Shown here: piece by piece, positions 1 through 9,762 of the stretch
Layout of the letters: the number at the start of each line of letters is the position of its first letter
Position numbering within the stretch: the first letter of the stretch is position 1
From: an uncultured Armatimonadia bacterium
GTDB taxonomy: Bacteria > Armatimonadota > Armatimonadia > Armatimonadales > Armatimonadaceae
Assembly (NCBI GenBank): GCA_964606305.1
Contig: CAZSGJ010000002.1
Coordinates: 27,749 to 91,748 of the forward strand
DNA length: 64,000 nt
Direction of reading: 5' to 3'
Position numbers and translations under genes: made by a program
The notes under the pieces: model-generated
What the model was told of the DNA's origin: nothing
The model's database searches: none
The model's input: the letters and a program-made list of their open reading frames with translations, nothing else

Positions 1-2234
1 TTTCAGGCTTTGGTGGAATGCCTGGCGGAGATGCAAATACTGCAGGCGGAATGGGTGGTTTTGATCTGTCACGTTTAGGTGGATCGACAGCTCAGATAAA
101 GACTTACCAACTGAAGTACTCGAATGCAACGCAAGTTGCCCGCATTGTGAATGAAGTCTTCCAGAACTCAGGTCAGGACCCCCTTAGTGGCATCATGTCA
201 ATGCTGGGTGGCATGGGTGGAGCAACCAACGGTACGTCGATTGCTATCCCCGGGGGTGCGGCGACAGTGACGCCAACGCAGGGTCGTGGTCCGAATGCTG
301 AACCGGATGCTAGTTCACCTGATCCGGATCCGCAACGTGGTGGTTTCGGTGGCTCCAACCCATTTCAGTTCGGGCGTGGTGGCGGTGGCTCCGGGTTCGG
401 TGGAATGGGAGGGTTTGGAGGGTTTGGAGGGTTTGGCAGAGGTGGCGGCAACACTGTTGTTCGTGCATCTGCCGATGATTATTCAAATTCGGTGATCATC
501 AACGCTCCGTCCAAGGAACAGGAACAGGTTGCAAAGTTGATTGATGAAATCGATCGCCAGACAGACCAACCGCAGTCCAGCAGAGTTTTCCGACTCGAGT
601 TTGCCACGGCGACAGATTTGGTTTCAGTTATTCAAAATGTCCTTCAGAGCAATGCCGTTCGTGGACGTGGTGGCCAGACATCCGGAAACACCGGCGGTGG
701 CGGATTCGGTGGGTTTGGTGGTGGTTTCGGGGGCTTTGGTGGTGGAAACAATGCTCGCCTCCAAGGCGGTAGCGTGGTTGCCGAAACACGTACCAACTCA
801 GTCGTCGTTACGACAACGACAGAGAACCTGATGATTGTTGAACGCGTTATCAAAGAGTTAGACAAAGAAATCACGGTTTCGAACAGCACGTTCGTTGTGT
901 CGCTGGACAATGCGCGTGCAGATGCTATCGCTAACCTGATCAACCAAAGTTTTGGCGGACGGACAACCGGTGGGACGACAAACGCGAGAACAACAGGTGC
1001 ACAAGGTCGAACTGGAACTGCTGGAGCTGGGGCTACTGGTGGTGGAGCCGGTGGCGCACGCTCGGGTCCAAATGCGGATGCCATGGCACTAACGTTGGCT
1101 GATCCTGATGCTGAAGCGGGTGAACTCGCTACAAGTGTATCGGTTCAGCAGGGCGGATTGTTTGGCCTCTTCGGCGGCGGAGGTGGCCAAAACTTCGGCC
1201 AAGGTGGCAACCGTAACGGTGCCTCAGCTTCAGGCGTACAAACCACCGTTGATGAAAACGGACGTGTCGTCGCAACCCGTAACCTTCAGGGTCAGGTAAC
1301 GGCCATCCCTGATGTAAACACTAACAGTGTGATTATCGTGACATCCCCTGCTAACAAAGCGCTGCTACAGAGCATCGTTGATCAGTTGGACAAAATTCCA
1401 CAACAGGTCATGATTGAGACGCTTATCGTGGAAGCCAGCTTGGATGCAACAGCAAAGCTTGGCGTCGAATGGAACTTCAGTCAGAAGTCGGCGTTGGGCG
1501 ATTCCACAACAAAGGGCACGGGCTCATCGTCCTTTGGCGATGCAGCAAAAACAACGCAGCCACAGGGAATGCGATACACACTGACCGGTGCACAGTATGG
1601 GGCTTTCCTACAGGCTGTTCAAACTGATGCCAACTTTGAGGTGCTGAGCAAGCCACGCATCTTTACCTCCAATAACTCGACGGCAGAAATTAACATCAGT
1701 CAGTCCCTACCCTATGTTTTGTCCCAACAGACAAACATCAATGGGAACCTGACGTTTAACTACGCCTTTCTGGATGTCGGAATCATCCTCACTGTTACGC
1801 CACGAATCACTCAGAATGGCTATGTCACGATGGATGTAACCCAGACTGCAAACGACTTTGTTCGCTACACAGAGTTTAATGCACCGGTCGTAAATCAACG
1901 TGAAGCGCAGACGACAGTCTCGGTCAAAGACGGAGAGACGGTTGTTATTGGCGGGATTATAAAGAACAGTATCTCGACAACGACTAACAAGCTGCCGGTT
2001 CTGGGTGATATCCCAGTCCTTGGAAACCTGTTCAAGTCCAATACCCAGACTAAAAGCAAAACTGAGCTTTTGGTTTTCCTGACACCACGGATCATTCGTG
2101 ACAACGTCGAGGCGGCTAAATTGCGAGATGACACCATCAAGCAAATGGCACCCCAATCGCAAGGTCGGATCAAAAAAGAAATTGAATCCAACAAGCCTGT
2201 AAAGGGAGTCACTGTCACGCCGGAAAAACCATAA
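1..2234 (+). CDS. Secretin (GspD/PilQ superfamily), 5'-partial, with Gly/Phe-rich low-complexity linkers
   Basis: Frame is open to the window edge (no stop between nt 3 and 18). Repeated secretin N-domain signatures are present (NSVIINAP, TNSVVVTTT, TNSVIIVTSP). The C-terminal secretin core is also present (FEVLSKPRIFTSNN, VLGDIPVLGNLFKSN...ELLVFLTPRII). Confidence 0.85.
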   Translation, partial: SGFGGMPGGDANTAGGMGGFDLSRLGGSTAQIKTYQLKYSNATQVARIVNEVFQNSGQDPLSGIMSMLGGMGGATNGTSIAIPGGAATVTPTQGRGPNAEPDASSPDPDPQRGGFGGSNPFQFGRGGGGSGFGGMGGFGGFGGFGRGGGNTVVRASADDYSNSVIINAPSKEQEQVAKLIDEIDRQTDQPQSSRVFRLEFATATDLVSVIQNVLQSNAVRGRGGQTSGNTGGGGFGGFGGGFGGFGGGNNARLQGGSVVAETRTNSVVVTTTTENLMIVERVIKELDKEITVSNSTFVVSLDNARADAIANLINQSFGGRTTGGTTNARTTGAQGRTGTAGAGATGGGAGGARSGPNADAMALTLADPDAEAGELATSVSVQQGGLFGLFGGGGGQNFGQGGNRNGASASGVQTTVDENGRVVATRNLQGQVTAIPDVNTNSVIIVTSPANKALLQSIVDQLDKIPQQVMIETLIVEASLDATAKLGVEWNFSQKSALGDSTTKGTGSSSFGDAAKTTQPQGMRYTLTGAQYGAFLQAVQTDANFEVLSKPRIFTSNNSTAEINISQSLPYVLSQQTNINGNLTFNYAFLDVGIILTVTPRITQNGYVTMDVTQTANDFVRYTEFNAPVVNQREAQTTVSVKDGETVVIGGIIKNSISTTTNKLPVLGDIPVLGNLFKSNTQTKSKTELLVFLTPRIIRDNVEAAKLRDDTIKQMAPQSQGRIKKEIESNKPVKGVTVTPEKP
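411..437 (+). repeat. In-frame 9-bp tandem repeat (GGGTTTGGA x3, last copy GGGTTTGGC) encoding GFG units
   Basis: Read directly: gggtttgga gggtttgga gggtttggc. It lies inside the first Gly-rich linker of the secretin. Confidence 0.9.
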
Positions 2235-2247
2235 CGGCTTTTAGTAC

Positions 2248-2285
2248 AAAAAACGCCCATGTCGGGGTTCTGACATGGGCGTTTT
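2248..2285. terminator. Bidirectional intrinsic terminator between the convergent secretin and smpB
   Basis: A6 run, 10-bp stem CGCCCATGTC/GACATGGGCG with an 8-nt loop, then TTTT. The element reads as a hairpin plus U-tract on both strands. Confidence 0.8.
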
Positions 2286-2338
2286 GCATTGTGGGATAGG
2301 CAGTGTTTTCGTTGTTACCTATCTGGACGGAATAATAG

Positions 2339-2821
2339 TCAACTCCGACCGAAAACTTCCCGCCGCGCTTCGCGGTCCCGATCGCGTTCCTTGATCGACT
2401 CTCGTTTGTCGTAGAGTTTCTTGCCCCGTGCAACAGCCAATTCTAGCTTGGCAAAACCACGTTCAAACACAATCGAAAGTGGTACCAGAGCCAGACCCTT
2501 CTGCTGCGTTAGTCCCTGCAAACGATCGATTTGTGCACGCTTCAAGAGAAGTTTGCGACTACGAATCGGAGGAACATTTGCACGGTTGCCCTCCAAATGT
2601 GGAGAGATATGCATGTTGTGCAGCCACATCTCACCATTTTCGACCTTGGCATATGCATCCACCAAGGTTGCCTTTCCTGCGCGAAGTGACTTGACCTCAG
2701 TACCAACCAATACGATTCCTGCTGTTAGCACATCATCAATGTGGTATTCATGTCGCGCACGCCGGTTTTGTGCCACAACGTGACGGCCGCCATCTTTTCC
2801 AACCGCCTTGGTTACTGACAT
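2339..2821 (-). CDS. smpB: SsrA-binding protein SmpB
   Basis: 160 aa with SmpB motifs (NRRARHEY, GTEVKSLR, KGLALVPL, C-terminal basic tail KLYDKRESIKERD). Confidence 0.95.
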   Translation of the reverse strand: MSVTKAVGKDGGRHVVAQNRRARHEYHIDDVLTAGIVLVGTEVKSLRAGKATLVDAYAKVENGEMWLHNMHISPHLEGNRANVPPIRSRKLLLKRAQIDRLQGLTQQKGLALVPLSIVFERGFAKLELAVARGKKLYDKRESIKERDRDREARREVFGRS

Positions 2822-2907
2822 CCTCTAAGCCTCTTCCATAAATTCAGGGTAACTCTTATATTACATCGCTGTAATCAACAAGATATGACACTCGACGCTT
2901 CGTACCT

Positions 2908-4455
2908 GTGAAGTTTGCCGTGTATTATGCGAACATGAGTGATGGATCGAAGCCTACCGGGTTACACGATGATAGTGAAGAGCGTGTCCTTGCAAAGCTC
3001 GGGTATGAACAACAGCTAGATCGGCGGCTCTCCGCATTTTCAAATTTTGCCGTATCGTTCAGTATCATCAGTATCCTAACAGGCGGCGTAAACTCTATCG
3101 CCCAAGTCACAAGCGGAGTTGGTGGCGCAGGCATCGGGATTGGCTGGCCTCTCGGATGCATGCTTTCTGGGTTGTTTGCCGTTGGCATTGCTCAAATTTC
3201 ATCGTCCTTCCCGACCGCAGGTGGGCTGTATCACTGGGCAACAATACTCGGTAACCGCTTTATTGGTTGGATAACCGCGTGGATGAACGTGATCGGATTG
3301 GTAACCGCCCTTGCATCGATAAATGCGGGTGCCTGGAACTTCTTTGTCGGTGCGTTTGGCGGACATCTTAACATTCCGGCTTCTCCGTACGTCTCGATCA
3401 CCGCTGTGGCGATTATGACGTTTGGTCAGGCGATGGTCAATGCGAGAGGCATCCGTCTAACCAGTAAGTTAACCGACATGACTGGATACCTGCTCCTGGC
3501 TACTACGCTGATCGCCAGCATTGCCTTATTGTTTTCAGCTGGTCCCCTGCCTATCGAAAGACTTTGGACATTTACAAACTTTACGGGTCCGTCTGGCGGT
3601 GATGTATGGCCGCATGTGACATCCGAATGGGCATTCCTTCTGGGTTTGCTACTTCCGATCTATACGATTACAGGATATGACGGAAGCGCTCATACGAGCG
3701 AGGAGACGAAAAACGCGACAGCGACAGTACCGCGTGCCATTGTCAGGAGTGTCTTCTGGGCGTTTCTGGCTGGATGGATTGTATTGTCTGCAGTCATCCT
3801 TGCGATACCCGATATGCAGGAAGCTGCGAGGCAAGGCTGGAATGTTTTCTTCTGGGTTCTTGATGTCCGGCTGCCTGCATTTATTCGCATTCCGATACTT
3901 GTGTCCATTTTTCTCTGCCAGATGCTCTGCGGGATGGCAACGGTAACAAGTACAAGTCGAATGACGTTCGCCTTTGCGCGCGATGGCGGCTTACCGATGA
4001 GTAAGCTGTTAGCATCCGTAAATCCAGTCACGAAAGCACCTGAACCTGCCATTTGGGCGACAGCATTGATTACATCCATTTTCATGGCAACGGCGACGCT
4101 CACCAATATCAAGGGAGTTTCTGTTTATGCAGTCGTCGTGTCATGTACTGTTATTTTCCTCTTTTTGACGTATGCAATCCCGGTTATTCTCGGTGGACTG
4201 GCACTTGGTGGCAAATTGTGGCCCGTTCCAGGAAAGTGGAGCATTGGCGTATTACCATTCAAGATTCTCGCTGGGTTCGTGGCAGGACTTTTGCTCTTCA
4301 TTCTTTATCTCGGTGTACAACCACCAAACCAATGGGCACTAACGGTACTTATTGCAACTGTTACACTCCTCTCTCTCTTCTGGGTTGCCATTCAAAAGCG
4401 TACATACAAGGGCCCCCCAGAGCTGAACCATCAGAAACTAAATGGCAACGATTGA
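2908..4455 (+). CDS. APC-superfamily amino acid permease
   Basis: 515 aa polytopic membrane protein with APC-type motifs (FSNFAVSFSIISILTG, PTAGGLYHWA). Start is ambiguous: GTG at 2908 or ATG at 2935. Confidence 0.8.
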   Translation: MKFAVYYANMSDGSKPTGLHDDSEERVLAKLGYEQQLDRRLSAFSNFAVSFSIISILTGGVNSIAQVTSGVGGAGIGIGWPLGCMLSGLFAVGIAQISSSFPTAGGLYHWATILGNRFIGWITAWMNVIGLVTALASINAGAWNFFVGAFGGHLNIPASPYVSITAVAIMTFGQAMVNARGIRLTSKLTDMTGYLLLATTLIASIALLFSAGPLPIERLWTFTNFTGPSGGDVWPHVTSEWAFLLGLLLPIYTITGYDGSAHTSEETKNATATVPRAIVRSVFWAFLAGWIVLSAVILAIPDMQEAARQGWNVFFWVLDVRLPAFIRIPILVSIFLCQMLCGMATVTSTSRMTFAFARDGGLPMSKLLASVNPVTKAPEPAIWATALITSIFMATATLTNIKGVSVYAVVVSCTVIFLFLTYAIPVILGGLALGGKLWPVPGKWSIGVLPFKILAGFVAGLLLFILYLGVQPPNQWALTVLIATVTLLSLFWVAIQKRTYKGPPELNHQKLNGND

Positions 4456-4549
4456 TCGTGTAGCCCCGGCAAAATGTCCATCACACAATTCAGGGCATTG
4501 CTGGGCCGGTCGGTGTCGCGACTCCTTCGTTAATTGAAAGGCACACTAA

Positions 4550-5956
4550 ATGGAATCATCCGTAACCCGCAGAAACATCCTTGGTCTCGCAGCCGCGGGG
4601 CTCGTCGGAACCACTATCGTCAAACCTGGGTTTGGGAAGTCATTCGGATCGGCTGCACATGACTTTGGAGCGGTTCTTCCAGGTTCTACTCCCGGAATTG
4701 CAGCCATTGATCCTCAGGAAAAAATACGCGTTGCCCTTATCGGATGCGGTGGACAAGGCAAAGCTAACCTACGCGTGTTTATGCAGCAACCCGACACGCT
4801 TGTAACGGTTGTCTGTGATCCGGATGCAAACCGGATGCGCGAGGCTGCGGATATGGCAGAGGACCGCTACGATGTGCGACCAGCGGAAGTCAAAGATTAC
4901 CGCAATGTTGTGACGCGCAAAGACGTTGACGTCGTAATCGTGGGGACTCCAGACCACTGGCACGCTCTGCCCATGATTGCTGCCTGTATGAACGGCAAAG
5001 ATGTCTTTTGTGAGAAGCCAATCTCGCACAACATCATGGAAGGTCGTCAAATGGTCGACTTCGCGGCGCACTACAAAAGAATTGTCCAAGTAGGAACCTG
5101 GCAACGAAGTCAACAGCAGTTTCTTGATGCTGTTACCTATGTCCGCAGCGGAAAGCTTGGCAAGATCAATGTATGCCGTGCCTGGAAGATACAGGCTCCC
5201 AAAGCGGCAGTTCTAGGCAAGGTAGCGCCATCGGAACCACCAAAAGAAGTCGACTACGACCTCTGGGTCGGTCCTGCGGCGATGGTTCCGTACCAGTCTA
5301 ACCGCCTGCACTACAACCATCGTTGGTACTACAACTTTGCAGGTGGAATGGTCGGAGACTGGGGCGTCCACATGATGGACATTGTTCTTCTTGGAATGTC
5401 TAAGTCGGACAACCTCGTTCAACCATCCAAAGTGACATCGCTGGGTGGTAAGTACTATGTCGGTCCCGATGATGACCGTACCACGCCGGATACCCTGCTC
5501 ACCTTATACAACTTCGATAACTGGATCATGGACTGGGAGGTGCATGTTGGTGATCAGGCCGTAGGTGTGGATGGTGGTCGTGATCATGGCGCACTGTTTA
5601 TCGGTTCCGAGGGGCGGTTACTGGTAGACAGAGCCGGCTGGAGCATTTTTGATGCACAGGGCAAACCGGTAGAGAAGCCAGCTCCACGTGATTGGGGTGG
5701 AACGATGAATGGCCTCGGGACCCACGTCCGCGAGTTCCTGAACTCCGTAAAGAGCCGCGGAACAACGCGTTCCAATGTTGCATCGATGCACCAGACCACC
5801 ACCGTTTGCCACCTCGCAAACCTTGCGTATCTAAGCGGGGAAACTCTTCACTGGGATTCTGCGACCGAGAAGGTCACAAATGTACGAAAAGCAATGGACG
5901 AGCTCCCGTATAAGCGGAAAAACCGCAAGGGTTATGAACTTCCAAAGCTGGGTTAG
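4550..5956 (+). CDS. Gfo/Idh/MocA-family oxidoreductase with twin-arginine export signal
   Basis: Has a Tat-like leader (TRRNILGLAAAGLVG), a Rossmann motif (IGCGGQG) and the CEKP motif typical of the family. Confidence 0.85.
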   Translation: MESSVTRRNILGLAAAGLVGTTIVKPGFGKSFGSAAHDFGAVLPGSTPGIAAIDPQEKIRVALIGCGGQGKANLRVFMQQPDTLVTVVCDPDANRMREAADMAEDRYDVRPAEVKDYRNVVTRKDVDVVIVGTPDHWHALPMIAACMNGKDVFCEKPISHNIMEGRQMVDFAAHYKRIVQVGTWQRSQQQFLDAVTYVRSGKLGKINVCRAWKIQAPKAAVLGKVAPSEPPKEVDYDLWVGPAAMVPYQSNRLHYNHRWYYNFAGGMVGDWGVHMMDIVLLGMSKSDNLVQPSKVTSLGGKYYVGPDDDRTTPDTLLTLYNFDNWIMDWEVHVGDQAVGVDGGRDHGALFIGSEGRLLVDRAGWSIFDAQGKPVEKPAPRDWGGTMNGLGTHVREFLNSVKSRGTTRSNVASMHQTTTVCHLANLAYLSGETLHWDSATEKVTNVRKAMDELPYKRKNRKGYELPKLG

Positions 5957-5965
5957 AACAAACAA

Positions 5966-6006
5966 AGTCGGTTGAACACCAAGTACATGTTCAACCGACT
6001 TGATTT
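5966..6006 (+). terminator. Intrinsic terminator after the oxidoreductase gene
   Basis: 13-bp perfect stem AGTCGGTTGAACA/TGTTCAACCGACT with a 9-nt loop, followed by the T-rich TGATTTATGATTT. Confidence 0.7.
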
Positions 6007-6024
6007 ATGATTTGACGTGTAGAA

Positions 6025-7230
6025 ATGACTGACCTACGAGTAATCACCAAGTCCCACGATGGCCGTATCCTCACCAATAACAACGTCTGGACAGCAGATT
6101 CCAAGTCGCTTGTCTATGACACACGCTCAGACCGCTTGGGAGATATCTTCGATGGCGTGCGCATTGTTCAGCTTGATATTGATTCCGGCGAAGAGCACTG
6201 CCTCTACATGTCCAGAAGTGGTGCCTGCTGTGGCGTAGTTACCACGCATCCATTTGACGATCGCTACGTGTTCATTGCAGGACCAGAAAATCCGACCAGT
6301 GACTGGATGTATGGACCTTCTCACCGGCAAGGAATGATTGGATATAGGTCATCACATCACAGCGTACAAAATATGGATGCCAGGCACATCACCGCACACC
6401 CTCTGTCTGGCGCGCTTCGGGGGGGAACGCATGTTCATATGTGGCACCCCAAAGGCGACTGGTTACGCTCGACATACAACGATGCTATAACTGCAACGAG
6501 TTTGCGCGATATTGCAATCCATATCCCGGGGACGGTCGATGTCCCCCCCTCACACCTGCGGAATCATAGCGGGACTTATCATTCATTTATCGTGACAGAC
6601 ACAGTTGAATCGCCGACTGGCCCGGAACAGATAACCCGCGCCTACGAAGAGACTTGGCTTGGCTCAACACGTCAGATTGCATTTTTGGCTGACACCGTGG
6701 TCGGTGCAGACTTAATCACTGAGATATTCAAAGTCGATGCTTCAAACTTATCGTTGGCATCGCAACACACCTTTGATGATTCAGGTCGCATAAAGCCACC
6801 ATCTGGCACGTCACAAATCCGCCTGACTCACCTTGCAGAGACAAACCTGCGTGTTGCCAAAAAACCCCGGCATTGGTTGGTTTCATCGCCGGATGGTGCC
6901 ACCTGTGCCGTACTTCTTCACTCAAAAAACAATCAGCCACAGCTGTATACACTTGATGTGCAATCGCTGAAACTGGTGCAGCGTACTTTTGTTCAAGGTG
7001 GAGTTACGACAGCCATCTCGTGGAGTCGCTCCGGTTCCATGATTGCGTTTGGGGCTGGCAATGACGTCTACATCCTAAATACAACAAACTGGAAAGTGCA
7101 GAAAGTCGCCTCACTATCTCTTGGAGAAATACTTCCGCTTTGTTGCTGTATTTCTCCTGATGAAAAACGGATCGCTGTAGTTGTCAGAAGCAATGAGACA
7201 AATCACATTGCAATCGCCACACTGGAGTAA
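6025..7230 (+). CDS. DUF3748 (YidR-like) beta-propeller protein
   Basis: The N-terminus resembles E. coli YidR as I recall it (LTNNNVWTADSKSLVYDTR; GVVTTHP..YVFIAGPENP). No signal peptide is apparent. Confidence 0.6.
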   Translation: MTDLRVITKSHDGRILTNNNVWTADSKSLVYDTRSDRLGDIFDGVRIVQLDIDSGEEHCLYMSRSGACCGVVTTHPFDDRYVFIAGPENPTSDWMYGPSHRQGMIGYRSSHHSVQNMDARHITAHPLSGALRGGTHVHMWHPKGDWLRSTYNDAITATSLRDIAIHIPGTVDVPPSHLRNHSGTYHSFIVTDTVESPTGPEQITRAYEETWLGSTRQIAFLADTVVGADLITEIFKVDASNLSLASQHTFDDSGRIKPPSGTSQIRLTHLAETNLRVAKKPRHWLVSSPDGATCAVLLHSKNNQPQLYTLDVQSLKLVQRTFVQGGVTTAISWSRSGSMIAFGAGNDVYILNTTNWKVQKVASLSLGEILPLCCCISPDEKRIAVVVRSNETNHIAIATLE

Positions 7231-7236
7231 GACTTT

Positions 7237-7542
7237 ATGACAATTCAGGAACTACTCGGATCCCATGAGCTCTTAGCATTGTCCAATGAGGTCATCCCGC
7301 CGTGCAGTGATGCAGCAGGAGCAGCATCATCAGATGTTCAAAAACAACTGGTGGTGATCTTCAGCAAGTACCGTAGAGACGACCTCGAATCACTGGAGTC
7401 GTTGCTAGCTGCGGCTAAAAGTGGTGGAGGTAAGCAGCATCCGTATTTTCCAACCTTTGCTGAAACTGTGACCGAAGCCTATTGGACGAGCGATATTGGA
7501 TTGTCGCTTGCTGGCTTCACAGTTGCCAAGGCACCTGACTAG
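7237..7542 (+). CDS. Hypothetical small protein (101 aa)
   Basis: ORF begins 6 nt after the DUF3748 gene, which suggests co-transcription. I recognised no family. Confidence 0.45.
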   Translation: MTIQELLGSHELLALSNEVIPPCSDAAGAASSDVQKQLVVIFSKYRRDDLESLESLLAAAKSGGGKQHPYFPTFAETVTEAYWTSDIGLSLAGFTVAKAPD

Positions 7543-8315
7543 TTGATGTTCCACTCCCGGAGTTGTCCAAGCACATCATGTCGTGTCAAGTCCAAATGTA
7601 ATGGCGTAACTGAAATTCGGTTGTTCTTTACAGCGTAAACATCGGTGCCAGGAATGGGGTCCGAATCAACGGGTTTACCACCGATCCAGAAATAAGCAGA
7701 GCCATGCGGGTCGACGCGGGCTTCATGCTTGTCTTCATAATGCCTCTCGCCTTGCCTTGTGATTTCAACAGAAACCTCGGTCGCCGGCAAATTCGGGACA
7801 TTGACGTTCAGGAGGCAACCTGCCGGAAGCGGGTTTTCAATAAGCTGGGGAACGATGACATTGGCGATGAACTCACCTGCGGTATCCCAGTGCGGCGCGG
7901 GATCAAACGATGCCATTGAGACGGCAACTGCCTGAAAGCCGTTTACGACCCCTTCCATTGCAGCAGCTACGGTGCCGGAGTATGTTGTATCCCAGCCGAG
8001 ATTTGGACCGTGGTTGATACCACTGACAACACAGTCAAAACGATGGTCCTGCATCAGCTGCGTAAGTCCCATGAGGACACAGTCAGCAGGCATTCCACTG
8101 CAAGCAAATGCGCGTGAGCCGTCATGAAGAGCGACTTCCTTCAGGCGAAGAGGCTTGTGTAGCGTTATCGAGTGCCCTGTTGCCGACCGGGGACGGTCTG
8201 GAGCGCATACGGTTACCGCGTGACCTGCAGCAGCCAATGCCCGACGCATCGCCAGTATCCCAGGAGCGTGTACACCGTCATCATTTGAGAGCAATATATT
8301 GAGGGGTCGATTCAT
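7539..8315 (-). CDS. surE: 5'/3'-nucleotidase SurE
   Basis: Has the ILLSNDDGVHAPGI motif and GINHGPNLG. I chose the start at internal Met MNRPLNILL (8315), which removes the overlap with the upstream gene. The longest ORF starts at 8390. Confidence 0.9.
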   Translation of the reverse strand: MNRPLNILLSNDDGVHAPGILAMRRALAAAGHAVTVCAPDRPRSATGHSITLHKPLRLKEVALHDGSRAFACSGMPADCVLMGLTQLMQDHRFDCVVSGINHGPNLGWDTTYSGTVAAAMEGVVNGFQAVAVSMASFDPAPHWDTAGEFIANVIVPQLIENPLPAGCLLNVNVPNLPATEVSVEITRQGERHYEDKHEARVDPHGSAYFWIGGKPVDSDPIPGTDVYAVKNNRISVTPLHLDLTRHDVLGQLREWNIN

Positions 8316-8343
8316 GCCGGCGGATACTACCATATTCTGGTTG

Positions 8344-9630
8344 CTAAATGGATGTGTCTGACTCACTGGCCCATATCGCAACGGTCGCAAGAGCAGCCGC
8401 GCAGCGCTTATAGTCGACAGGACTTATCTTGTCGACGGTATCGGCATGCGTATGATGAACATTCCAGTATTCCGTCGTATCGGTATTGAGACCGGCTGTC
8501 GGGTAGCCAAGGGCACCGCTCGGGGCGATATCCGCTCCCCCTCCTCCACTTGTGACTGCGATACCAAGAGTATCCGTCAGCAGCGGTGATAACTCAGCCT
8601 GAATCCCTCGAAACACTGGGTCACTTTTGGCCGTGATTCCCACAGCCAATGGATTTCCAACGCCACTGTCAGACTCGACAAGAAGCCGGTGGCGCTCGCG
8701 GAGCGACTTCACTCGAGCCGCATACTCAATTCCACCACGCGTACCGTTTTCTTCGTTCACCCAAAATGCCACACGGATTGTCCGGCGTGGTCTCCATCCA
8801 CCATGCTTGATGTGCATTAGTGCAGTCCACGCTGCACAACACCCGCCGGCATCATCATTAGCGCCTTGTCCAACATCCCAGCTGTCAATATGCCCACCGA
8901 GGGCGACCACCTCATCAGGGTATTGGGAGCCTCGTATATCTGCCCAGATGTTAGAGGAGCGTCTGTCAGGACGAAAATGTGCTGCCATCTTAAGCTGAAC
9001 AACAGGACTATCACCGGCATCATAGAGACGCTGAATGAGTTCCGCTCCTTCTATAGACACTGCACACGCCGGTATCTTCTCAATACCATCTTCATAAACC
9101 ATTGCACCGGTGTGCGGGGTCTGGAGTGATTTGGGTCCGACACTTCTTACGATGGATGCAATCGCGCCGACTCTGGCAGCTGCGGCTGCTCCTTTTGCCC
9201 GATACTGCACCGTCGCGCCATAAGTCGTAAATGGGACGTTAAAGAGCACGACCTTACCGCGAACCAAATCAGCTTTAGCGGCAAGATCCGTGAAATCCTT
9301 TACAGGCACAACGGGCGCGACTATTCCGCTTCTCCCCGTCCCAATACTTCCTCCAAGACCAAGTATCGCAAGTGATGTCTTTCTCGGAGACAAAAGTTCG
9401 AGGGACTCCTGCCCCCTTTCCCACCTTGGTACCAGTACTGGTTGGCGTGTTACAGAATCAAAGCCATCTCTGCGCAGCGTCGCTTCTAACCAGTCGAGCG
9501 AGCGTTCGAGTGAGTCTGAGCCACTAAGCCGGTGGCCGTACCGGTCGCACAACGTGATCAGGCGGTCCAATGCTTTGGCATCACCCAAAATCCTGGACTG
9601 GACATCAAGAACCCTCTGCGCAATGTTCAT
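8344..9630 (-). CDS. M28-family metallopeptidase (aminopeptidase) with PA-like insert
   Basis: Has M28 zinc-ligand motifs (GGHIDSWDVGQGANDDAGG; WVNEENG; HHTHADT). Confidence 0.8.
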   Translation of the reverse strand: MNIAQRVLDVQSRILGDAKALDRLITLCDRYGHRLSGSDSLERSLDWLEATLRRDGFDSVTRQPVLVPRWERGQESLELLSPRKTSLAILGLGGSIGTGRSGIVAPVVPVKDFTDLAAKADLVRGKVVLFNVPFTTYGATVQYRAKGAAAAARVGAIASIVRSVGPKSLQTPHTGAMVYEDGIEKIPACAVSIEGAELIQRLYDAGDSPVVQLKMAAHFRPDRRSSNIWADIRGSQYPDEVVALGGHIDSWDVGQGANDDAGGCCAAWTALMHIKHGGWRPRRTIRVAFWVNEENGTRGGIEYAARVKSLRERHRLLVESDSGVGNPLAVGITAKSDPVFRGIQAELSPLLTDTLGIAVTSGGGGADIAPSGALGYPTAGLNTDTTEYWNVHHTHADTVDKISPVDYKRCAAALATVAIWASESDTSI

Positions 9631-9762
9631 GTCTGTATTGTAAGAGACGACGATGACGTTGTCGAAATCTACACGTAGCCTGCCTGAGTACCCGAGCTGC
9701 TAACAACTGCTGCTTTACACGGCTAACGCGCGTTTACGAGGTGTTTACGATGAGTCGTTCAT

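Noticed and set aside
644-1084. 146-aa Pro-rich ORF antisense to the secretin
   Set aside because: It is the reverse complement of the GGN-rich Gly linkers (CCN gives Pro). This is a shadow ORF inside a well-supported gene.
2235-2907. Looked for a tmRNA (ssrA) gene next to smpB
   Set aside because: The flanking spacers are under 110 nt. They contain only a terminator and a short promoter region, with no tRNA-like acceptor or T-arm sequence.
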